Below are positions 28,501 to 46,293 of a stretch of DNA of 64,000 bases, one piece after another; the stretch's first letter is position 1, and the number at the start of each line of letters is the position of its first letter. The notes below the pieces were generated by a model. That model ran no database searches and had not been told where the DNA came from. It saw only the letters and a list, made by a program, of their open reading frames with translations. The position numbers and the translations under genes were made by a program. This stretch comes from Tubiluchus corallicola (taxonomy: Eukaryota > Animalia > Priapulida): contig JAQGDQ010000003.1 of NCBI GenBank assembly GCA_030141605.1, forward strand, positions 2,480,001 through 2,544,000, given 5' to 3'.

Positions 28501-29315
28501 TATTTATTTGTACAATGACATTACTGAAAAGAAAGTGATGGCAATCAATGCATCAGATATTTTATACAAATGTCTTTCCAATTTACTGTATTGTAGAAAT
28601 TTTATGTTAATTATTTCATTGCTGATTTTTACCATTGTTCCATTACTCAACTTTTGTTGCACAAGGCCCTTTTGCAGTTTCCAATAATACATGTGTTTTA
28701 TGCCTTATTAGAGGGCCTTAATAGTCATAATTAATGCTTATCTAAATTTTTTTAAATACTTATATGGCAATAACAACTGTATATTTATAAAACACAACAT
28801 TTAAGAGATGACTTGACTGAAATAAAATAAAATGAGATAAAATAACCTACATTAAACAAAACAGTTATAACAACAGTAGTGCACAATGTTAAAAATGAAG
28901 CATGCCATGAAATTTAGCACACACAATAACATGCAAAGAAGTAAATTCATGGTTTTTGACGCCATAAATGCTTATTTATGGAAAATTCCCTGCTCGTTAT
29001 TTACACATATAAACTTTTCTAACAGACATCAATGATATAATGTGAAAAGTTTAAATGATACAGGTATACTTCTTGTTTTACAACTGGACGAAACAGATGA
29101 AAACCCTTTTCATCACTAGAAAGTCAAAACATATCCTACTAAGCTAACTCAGAAATTTATATGAAATCTGAACAAACCAAAACAATATAACATGCAATTT
29201 ATAATCATAGAAGTAGTCTTTAAGAAGTCTGCAGACTCTATATTAAAATGTTTTAATTTAACGTAGAATAATTATGTTCGATAATTATGTTCGGCAGCAC
29301 AAATCAATATTTCTT

Positions 29316-32300
29316 TCAAGGCCATGTTATTGTTCTGCGATTTTTAGATGATCCTCCATCATGTTTATAGAATTCCTGAAATTATTAAAATTATTTTAAT
29401 TTCACTTTTAAAATGATGTGCATTGCACCACTAAAAAATAGAAAAATGTTTGCTAAAAAATCAATGTCAGTGTTCTGCAGCTCTATTATGATGCCTAGGA
29501 ATGTTGGAACCTTCTCCTACCAGATGTAAAATCAAAAGCAGCCCTATCAGATGAGATGTGGTGGGCATATGATGGGAGAAACACATTTTATTATGACTGC
29601 TCTAATATGATCAAGAGAATCATCCAAGAACTAAGAAAATTGATTAAGCAGTACATGCAAAAAGGTGTTAAATGCAAGAAATACTAGTGCAGTTAATTAA
29701 TGCATACTTCTTTCCGTTTTGTTCCCCTTTCTCTGTCAGAGTACCTGGAGTCATAACCATGCCTGTGGTGGTCATCTATTTCTCTATACATAATTCTAGC
29801 ATGTTTGCTGTTCTGTTCTCGGGCGGAATCAGTGCTGTGTCGTTTGCTGTCATATCTATCAGAACAATCCCGAGAAGTGGAGCTACTTAATGTAATTTTC
29901 CTCTCATACCTGCCATCATGACTCGCACTCGAATGCTTATACGACTGTCTCTTATCATGACTCTCAGCTGAACGTTTGTATGATTGTCTGTTGTCGTAAC
30001 TGTCATTTGAGTGTTTGTGTGAATATCTCGCATCATTGCCGCTTCCAAGTTTTATCACCTTCCGATCATAGTTGATCGTAGATGGAGGAGGTTTGAGTCG
30101 ATCTTCTGCAGTTGAGGAGGAATGGGAAGACCTGGGATAATTCACACCACTCGATTTTTTGGCATTATTGCCTAGCATCCTGTTTTAAAGAAAACACTTG
30201 ATGATAAAAATACAATAAACTGTAATTTAATAACTTTGGTGCCAAAAAAGGTTTCACAAGTTATAAACTGTAGAAATGTGGTGTATTTAAAAAAAAACTT
30301 TTAGATTTTATTGCTGACTTGGAAAAATTGGAAAGTTGATAGTATCAACAACATGTACAAAATTTTAGCCAAGTATGTTACAAGTGAGTAAGAACAAACT
30401 TCAAAAACATACTTTTCTTTCCACTCATCCTTTTCATCCACAATGTTTTTTTTCCAACGCAAGTTGACTTTCTTCTGAAGTCTGCGCAATTTCAATCCAA
30501 TACGATTTTTTCTATTTAAAATACAATAAATGAAAAACATTTAAATGCTCTTTCAAATCAGTGTATAAACGATATAACCAAAGTATTTTATATTACTTTG
30601 GTTAGTTATATATAAAAAATTGCTGTTTTGTACGTGCGATTTATACATTTATGTATTATGCAATATCCAAATCATTATATCATTTTAACAGAGCCGTTAA
30701 TACATGTATTATCCTATTTTGACACAAAATTTGACAGTAGAAATGCATTGCAGACATCTCTTTTTAACTCTTTAAAAAGTGCTATATACATTTTTAGACA
30801 GCTGGGAAAACCTTTCTCACATTTTTTTTATTGCACAAATAAGTTCCCCATTGGATCACTTTGTAGCTTCAATTCAAAATATTGTTCATAATATGTATAA
30901 ATTTTGTTACTGTATAATTTTATTTAAACTCAGTTGTCATTTGTCAAGGGCTTGCCCATACCACAGATTAACTTTAAGTCTTAAAATGAAAATTCCCAAC
31001 TTTAGTAGCTGCATTACTCAACAGCTTTGTGTAGGTCTGTGTTCCCAGTTTGTGTAATCTAGCACCACAAATGGACGATTTTATTCCGGGTAAAGAGAGG
31101 GAATATTCTATGCTGATTTTCCCTGGAGATAGCAGTTGGTGGAAAATTGAAAAAAATATTTCAAAACAGGGAGAAGGAATGATACCATTAAATTAACCTA
31201 ATTAATATTTCTGGCTAAATTTCATGAAAACTACATTTAGCCTAAAAGCAGCAATGATGAGAAAACAGAAAATTGAAATACGCTGCAATAACAAGACAAT
31301 AAAGCTTAAGATACCAGCGACGTTACGCTAAAACTTTTGCATGCTATAGCTCGTTACTAAAATTTTTTTCATCTATCGTATATATTGCATTGAAGTAAGT
31401 GTGGACACGTAATTATGATTTGAGCTTAACAAAAAATGCCTTCAGCATTGCTTTAATATATGCAAGTGTTTCTTCAGATATTTTCAAATGGCCGGCTATG
31501 TGCTACCTTTTTGAAATTTTTTTGATGCACCCACCATTCTACTAAGCCTAGACAGCTAGCAAGACAATTCTGCTAATAATTAAAGTACACAGTTAAACAA
31601 AATTAGATCAAATTATGACCTAATATAATTTATGTCTAACTTAAAGTCAGTCATGATCGACAAAAAAGGTTCAGAAAGTTAGGAGCCTTTACGAGTAACC
31701 TACGTGATAAAAGCCTTTACGAGTAACCTATGTGATACCAAATTTTTGTAGTATGACCTGTGATGCCCAAACTAGTGCATTCATAGTACTGTTTCCGGAT
31801 GTGAAGAACAGTGCCTACAAAAGTGCTGACAATGCGTTCGACCCATTGTTACTATGCTTTTGTTTGGGTAACTTTATCTGCTTAGCACAGAAAAATCAAA
31901 TACCAAATGTTAAACAAACCTTAATTCAGACCAGAAACCACAAGCTCTGGCACAGAAAGTCAGTAGTCATACAAGCAAGAGTTATTTCAGCTGTATAAGT
32001 ACAAGTTTTAAATGAACTTATGCATAGATTTACCTGTATTGTCGCTGTGGAAATGGTAAGACGACCCTGTTGTACAGATCAACTAAGGCTTGTTTTTGCA
32101 CGAGGTTTAAATTAATTCGTTGACAACCCCTCTGAAAAATACAGTGAAATGAACTTATGCATATATTTACCTGTATTGTCGTTGTGGAAATGGTAAGACA
32201 ACCCTGATGTACAGATTAACTAAGGCTTGTTTTTGCATGAGTCTTAAATTAATTCGATGACAACACTTCTGAAAAATGCAGTGAGCACATGTTACTATCA

Positions 32301-34151
32301 ATTCATGAAAACCTTTCAAGTACAGAAGTGACATCATCTTATGTACTAAAATAAATACCAAACAGAGTGTTGACCAAGTTGACCAACTTACATTTACCAT
32401 TTGACATTCAAATATAGACACTATATTTCTCATTATAGAGAATCTTGAATGATATAAGGAGAATGTTTAACTTTACTTCTTTAACTGCTCTAGTCTTTGT
32501 TTTATCATTTCCATAAATGAGGATTCTAACTTTCTTGCTTTTGTTCATACCACCATTTTTGCTTTTTTTATGCACTCTCAAAATTTATTTTTTACCATTT
32601 CCTTCCACTGTAACTGTCTCATTCATCATATTTTCTCAATCTCTAGCTGTAAACTCTTCTTCCTATCTAATACATTGATTTCTTCTGCCCACCTCAAAGG
32701 CACAGATCTCTTTTTCCAGTATCACCATTACAAACCCTTTCATTGCATGAGAACTGATTAAATTATGAAAACATCAATTTTTTTATAATGCTCCACCAGC
32801 CATTGTGTAACAACAAACCGTTTTGTTATTAAACCGGATGATTGGTTAGACTCAATCTTATTTTAATTTACTGTCCAAAATATACAATTCCTTGCTTATA
32901 AAAGTTAGCAACCACAGTTTATGCAATGGTAGGCATCTTCCCTGCACATCAAGCACATTTGCATATGCAAAGATTGCTACAAGGCACTGATGTGATGTCA
33001 TGAAAATGAGCTCTACGTCACAATGACGTTACAGACGAACTCTGCAGTTCATGATCATGCTTATCGCAGCACCGCACCTATTTCTCAGCCACGCAAATGT
33101 GACAAAATGGCGCTACTGCTAGTCTTAGTGGATTTGCTAATGTAGTTTTGAGAGTTTAACAAAATTTAACTAAGCGAGGTAATTATTATTTAATGTAAAC
33201 TTCAATTTTAAAAAAACTATTGTAGTTTTTTAGAAAATATTTTATTTTGAGCTAATATTTACATTGGTCCGGTTTTCCTTTCACTGTGCGAGTATGCATA
33301 TAAATTATTGACAGCAGAAGAGTGGATAATCATCTGATGAAATCTTCTTGTTAGAAGATGCATTTACTCTTTAGTTAGTATATGTGATTTCTCTGAATTT
33401 TGTTTATGTACTTGACATTATTGTCTATACAATCAAATCTCTTTATACCGCCTACTTTGGGACTACAAAATTTTCACGTTATAGCGAGATTTGCATTACT
33501 AGATTATGTGAATGCAAATATATATGTTTTGTTTTGCTAAAATAAAATAAAAATATGGGGGTTAAGTGAAGTAAGCAATACGAAGGGAGACTTTATAACA
33601 ACTATAGTACAAGAGATATACCCTATTGTGTGGTTGTTCACAGTTATGTAGTGCAGTGTTGACGCATTCTTATAAATGTAGCGTCCAGAGAAGATTGGAG
33701 GGTAAAAACGGTCATTTATGCTTAACCTCTATCCACGCTGTAAGCTGTAATCTGTCATGCTCTGACATAATGCTGGCAAGCCACTGGCGTAGCAGTGTCT
33801 AGTTTTTTGCTGGATTGCTGCTGCGTTTACCTGTCTGAAGGGCGAAATCTGCCTGCCCTGAATTTTATTTTAGAATTCTGCCTGTCCAATGTCTACAACA
33901 GACGTGACGGGCGGATGAAGATGATGATAATGTCATCAATGATACATAGTAACATAATGACAATGTCAACATGACACATTTTGTTTTCAAAAATAATTGG
34001 ATGGAATTAATAACCTTTTCTAAAAGCTGTAAAAATCTATAAAAGTCGACTCAAATACCTTTTGTAGAAGATAAATTATGGCTTCTTTAACCATAATTTC
34101 GGGATAAAGTAAATCATTTGCAGAAAAATTATCACTGCAGGAGTCTGCCAT
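29316..34151 (-). CDS. C2orf49: Ashwin (C2orf49 homolog, tRNA-ligase complex subunit), spliced, ~273 aa
   Basis: Phase-consistent GT-AG exons: 34151-34059 (MADSCSDNFSANDLLYPEIMVKEAIIYLLQK); 32268-32171 OR 32131-32034 (...LV[N/D]LY.RVVLPFPQRQYR); 30511-30413 (KNRIGLKLRRLQ...); 30179-29708 (DRLKPPP..INYDRKVIKL); 29375-29316 (...KNRRTITWP*). These match Ashwin motifs LLHPELL, LY..PLPQR, NRxG, DRLKPPP and the C-terminal TWP. Confidence 0.85.
31684..31737 (+). repeat. Two-copy tandem repeat, 28-bp period
   Basis: agcctttacgagtaaccta(c/t)gtgata twice. Confidence 0.85.
32034..32131 (-). CDS. C2orf49: Ashwin exon 2b (98 nt, tandem duplicate, candidate alternative exon)
   Basis: ttttcag|AGG GGT...TAC AG|gtaaat; encodes RGCQRINLNLVQKQALVDLYNRVVLPFPQRQYR. 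Confidence 0.7.
32171..32268 (-). CDS. C2orf49: Ashwin exon 2a (98 nt, candidate alternative exon)
   Basis: ttttcag|AAG TGT...TAC AG|gtaaat; encodes KCCHRINLRLMQKQALVNLYIRVVLPFPQRQYR. Confidence 0.65.
33430..33605 (-). mobile_element. Degenerate copy of the Tc1/mariner-type MITE at 56230-56418, opposite orientation
   Basis: ta|caatcaaatctctttataccgcctact...atgcaaatatatatgttttgttttgctaaaa matches the reverse complement of the 56230-56418 element. Confidence 0.6.
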
Positions 34152-34585
34152 TTTTATATTACCACACTCAACCAGTTAATAATTATTTTCAAAATTACGG
34201 TCAGCTAACCTTTGGTAGTTGATCTGAATAAAAACTCAAAAAAATTACGTATTGCGCTTGCACGATTGAAAGCATAGTAGTTTTTATTGCAGACAAAATA
34301 TTTTTAAAGAAAAATTTAAAGCGTTGTTTTCAATTGGTTATGTCTGTAAATACAGCACGTTGAAAAACACTGGCACGTTGAGACCGACCATAGTCGTTAA
34401 CGTTTGTTTAGTTTCTAATGTCGTTACAAATGTCTAGTTTTTTCTGTGTTGCTGCTGCGTTTTCCTGTTTTGACAACAGATTTGTTTTATTTTAGAGTTC
34501 TGGCAGCCCAGTTACTACAATGCACGTAATGGGCATATGATGAGAACCAATACTATTTTTTTGTACATTGAACTCTTGCGTGATC
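34152..34585. promoter_or_regulatory. Putative bidirectional promoter/5'UTRs shared by Ashwin and NSUN4
   Basis: Divergent start codons at 34151 (minus) and 34586 (plus) are separated by only 434 bp. Confidence 0.65.
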
Positions 34586-41553
<6,968 letters not shown>

Positions 41554-41999
41554 TATTAAATATACTTTAATTTTAGAGTGGTGTAGCTGTTTTATTATTG
41601 ATGTTTGTTCAACTCAAAACGACTTATAAAAGAGAGAATTTCTATTATGAGGCTATACGTGTGTTAACAGAAGAGCTTACAATGATTCTATAACCTCCCA
41701 GTCCCAGTTATGTGTTGTTTTGTTGTATCCCATTTTACATGAAGTTTTGTTTGAATTGTCACAAAGCTTTTGTTTGAATTTTGTGGCTTTATAAGACTTA
41801 CTGTACAGCATGATAAATTATCTTCAGTGAACACACTGGATGAGCTGCTGAATCATGTTTCATTTTTAAATTAAGAAATCTACAGTGGTTGGGCAATGAG
41901 GATTTGAATTCGAAGCAGGTAAAGGGGACCCCGACTGAGAGTATAGCAGTGAGGGCTTGATTACACCTCAGCTTTTGGTTCATTAGCTTTTGAATTATA

Positions 42000-44027
42000 G
42001 GGCAATTCCATGGTTAGTAACGTTACATTTTAGGGATGTTCTCATATTTTAAATAAGAGCCATTTCTTTATCTATTAATATTAAGTCTCATGTTACAATA
42101 CATCAACCTAGCCTAGACCTAGAATACAGGAACTAATGAAAACATTTCGTGGAATAATAATGAAAAAAGTATTGTTTTTAATGTCGGTTAAGTAACGTTA
42201 CAAAAATAGGACATAAGAAATTAATGAACATCTTTGAATGAAAAGTTTCCTAAAATGGAATATCCCTCAAAGATATTAACACTTCATCACTTCTAGCTTT
42301 AAGGGCAATATTCAAGCCAAATATCTTTACTCATTATAACTTTGTCTGAAAATTAGAGACGAAAATCATGGTTAGTAACATTACAGTTTGTCCATTGATA
42401 ATGACTTACAAAATTGTGTTAAATCATTACAAGTTTTGTCAAGAGACAATTTAAATAAGAAGAACCATGAGAAAAGAATTATAACTCATGCGGTTATAAT
42501 TAAAAAGGGGGGGAAAGCTTGTTTGTTATTATTAATTAACAAAACTATTAAAAATATCACTTTAAGTGATTGGGCCTAGTCTTAACCACAGATCCATAGT
42601 GATCGCAATCACAGTTAATCATGAATTCATAAAGGCAGTTCATTTCATATGAGCAAAACTTTACCTGTATGCACCTTATTCAAGACTTCCTTAAAAGGAG
42701 AAAGCAATCAAATTAAGGGAACAGTAATGCAAATGTACCTCAATATTAATAGGTATAAGAACCAAATTTAGGCTGTTGTTGTGAAAGTAGTTTACATCAA
42801 ATTCTTCAGCTCGTGTTTATCTAGAGTTAGGTTTATTTTTTCTAAATTGTTTTCAGTGTATGATCTCTGTATTTGTTCTAAATACATTTCTAGCTGTACA
42901 AGAAACATTTAGTCTGACCAAAATGTCCTTGAGATTATTTCACATAGGGATAAAAAATTTGATATGTTCGTGATTGTTCACTATATCTGGTGAATCCAAC
43001 TGGCAATCATTTGATGTCTTATGTAGAAAATAGCATCCTTTACTGAAGGCTATTTCCAGTACTTCCCTACTTGCACCATTACTTTAGTACTACCATGCAG
43101 CAAAAAGTTCTCCTGGAAACTGCTTTCCATCATAATCAACAATGTACCAGTCTCCCCAACGTAATGATTTATCCAAAAAAATAGTAAAAAGTTTGAAGAG
43201 AAGTCCTGTTATGTTGCATGTGAGAATTCGGTATTGACTAGATGCAAGTACACTACCATTGCAAGAATCACATTATGTACTGAAAGATTCTGTACACATG
43301 TATTGAAAAGATCTGCACACTGCTCACAACATATAGCACGCATCAGTCACATGTTTGCACAAGTTAGTCACCTATTGGTTTATGCTGCCCTCTAGTGGCT
43401 GACTTTCACTTTTTTCTTTGACCAGGACCTGTCCACAGGTGTCTTATTCACTCATATCATGGCTTGTAACGTTACAATACGTTCAGCTTGGCTAGTAACG
43501 TTACACATTTTGACTGTTAATATTTTTAACTTCTCTCATAATTAGTGATACTTTTTTTCATATTTTAAATACTAGTCATTGCACACAGTAGGTGAAATAA
43601 TGTGATTCATGGAGATTTTATATTCTCATGAGGTAATTGAATTCACTTTTTGGTTAGTAACATTGCATGGCTTGCAGAGGGTGGGAAATTGCATCTATGT
43701 TGGCATTTTCAAGACATCTTGTCAATTTTACTAATATAAATCCACGAAGCACTACACTGCCTATATGAATATGATACTTCTGATTGGAAAGCATTATTTA
43801 TTTTGATTAGATAGCTTCTTTACCATTGTACAGATTTTGCCAAGGAAATATAGCAAGAAAGTACACTAATTCAAAAGTGGTGAATTCACCATCTAAAACT
43901 AACCATATGCCCTGACAAATACTTTTCCCTGAAACTTCAGTGTGCTTTTTACCAAGTCAAACAGAAAAATCACGGAAAAAACAAATTGAAATTTTAGGGT
44001 CATGTCCCTCTAATTGTGGAATTGCCC
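42000..44027 (-). mobile_element. ~2-kb decayed TIR DNA transposon (Sola2-like GGG termini) with a broken coding remnant
   Basis: TIR GGGCAATTCCA...TGGAATTGCCC, flanked by tata/cata. About six internal GGTTAGTAACGTTAC-type motifs. Minus-strand remnant at ~43020-43160 reads GDWYIVDYDGKQFPGE...VMVQVGKYWK*PSVKDAIFY, with stops and a frameshift. Confidence 0.7.
43383..43399 (-). promoter_or_regulatory. Near-consensus CTCF core motif
   Basis: Minus strand GCCACTAGAGGGCAGCA fits CCACYAGRKGGCRS. Confidence 0.5.
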
Positions 44028-46293
44028 CATATGTGAAAATAGCTTATCTAATTATTTTTTAAAGTTTGCAATAGCTAATGTATTCGTTTATGAATAGAGT
44101 AACAGATAAACTGACAAAAATGAATGTTTAAGTTTTTATATACATGTGTACTTTACATTATTTGACTTATATTTTTCAGCCGATAGATGGCAGCAGCACC
44201 CTTATATGTAACCTGCCTGTATAACTGCTGCTCAAGTTATCATATTTTGGTCAGTTTGGTGGTTTAGGAATGAGTTGTTTTGTTTGTTTATTATTGCAGT
44301 ATTGACTGTGGTGTCATCAAGATCAGGATTCTGTTGTAATGATTATAGTTAGCACACGCATATGTTCAAGCTCGTTAACCTACATTACATACCATGATTG
44401 TTACTGTAAATTATTATTGAATGCTGCATCCATGAATAATTGATTGATTAGAACTCGTCATTATGCTTAGCTGTCTAGGGCAAATAGCTTGATTTGGGGA
44501 TTTATTTCTTATGTAGTACAGCATTGGTGATGTTTTACATTTTATCTAACTATCTTCCTGTAATTTATCAGCTAGGCATTGTCAATTGCAGGTTAATCTT
44601 TCAAATTGGCATTAAATTAACCATAACTACCTATTATTATCGAAATTCCTATCAGGCAGACTTGTTTTGTTGCAAATTGTTACCAATTTAGTTGATAATG
44701 AATCTTGTAAAATACTTTTAACAGTCATTTTTATGAACAGGGGCGGACATTTCTATAAGCTGTAGATCTGCTCCTAAAAATCTTTAGTTGCTATAGTATT
44801 GGCAGCATTTTGTTTTGATTATTTTCATTTTATGTGTAGTACCCATAAAATTTTAATATTTTAGCACAGTGCCTAGTAATAGTTCAACAAAATAATATTA
44901 AGAATGGCAGATTCTTTGAATCAATTTTCCAACACCCTATTGTACAATTTCCCAAGCACCCTATTAATTTTACCTAGATCCTAATTAATTCAAAAATTGG
45001 CAAGCAATGCTGTTGATGCATTGACTGAATCAATGATTTAATAGTTTTGTATTGGCTCTAAATAGGTCTGGTTGGTTTTAATAGTTCCTGTTAGAGGATG
45101 TAGAATGAAACTTTGTGAATTTAGTAAAAAAAATGAATTGATAAATTTCTTTGATATACTACAGTGACTATATGCAGTGTGCAAATGTCCTGTGACTGTT
45201 CATCTTTGTGTTACTGGGGTTTCTTATAACACTGATGAAGAAAGATGGCAGGTGTTCATGTACTTTTGTTTTTAATTAATATATGTAATGTGACATTTGC
45301 ACTTGCTTTGTATCCGTACAAAATTCTGTTTGTCAAGTTTACGTTCTTTTTTAAAGTATATGTTAGAGCCTACTAGTTTATTGGATTTTATACAACATTT
45401 ATGTATTTTCATGCTACCAATGACAATTGATGAATAAATTACTTATTCATTTACCCTTCACTATAAGTAATAGGGTAGCTTTGTTGTGAATATGTGTCTC
45501 CATTCTTCAGGGCAATGAATTGTCTCTCTAGTACAGCGCCATAGCAATATAAGGTCGTGATGACAATAGCCTAATATGACTGTTGGTGACATATTAGCAT
45601 GTATAATTTTAGAAGCCAGTGGAGCAGACACCCAAGCCTAGTGTGCATTGGTGAGTAAAGTTAATGTATTCTTCACAAATGCAGTAAAGAAACTTCCACA
45701 GTAAAGAAATAAAAATGCTTCAGTAAACCACTATGCTAAGATGAAGTGAAAAAGAAGATTATAGCACAAAAATTCTTAAAGACTAACATTCTTTTTTATG
45801 TAATGACAACACGATGACTAGCTGAACATTGAAGATGCAGCACTGAAATACACAAAGGCACCAAATATCCCTAATAAAGTAGAACATCAGTTGTGAATAA
45901 TAGATATAAATTATAATTTCTAAAGAATAGACTGCTAATATAAAAAAAATTCAGCAAACTATTTGTGCATAAAAAACAGACAAATTGTGTTGTCCAAAGA
46001 AAAAACTTTAATAAATTTTATAGTAAAAAGACAGAAGCAAAAAGTGATTCCCTATACCACCACCACTGCACCGCATCACTTCACTCATTAAATGTTATTT
46101 GTTTTAGTTTCTCACCACATCGCTTCATTAGTCAAGCTATTTAACATAAATTGTAGAGAGAAAGACAGTTCAGTAAAAGATTATTTTGCATTTAAGCAGT
46201 GAACAGAAAGTAAATTTCAAATTTCTGCCTGTAGTTTTATGATCAGCTACTTTTCTTTGTTTCCACTTCCTGTAAATTATTACATCATTTTTT

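Noticed and set aside
32391-32761. Candidate Ashwin first exons near 32400-32550
   Set aside because: They lack the LLxPE motif and need an implausibly short intron; the exon at 34151-34059 fits the family.
33107-33145. AAAATGGCG as the NSUN4 start
   Set aside because: The frame stops after 12 codons and lies in Ashwin intron 1.
33334-33364. CTGATGA followed by a perfect hairpin (hammerhead candidate)
   Set aside because: The hairpin is followed by GCAT rather than GAAA, and no stems I or III are evident.
45613-45650. Exon-like segment ending in a strong gtgagt donor upstream of the phosphoesterase gene
   Set aside because: It could be a 5'UTR exon, but there is no coding or other support without transcript data.
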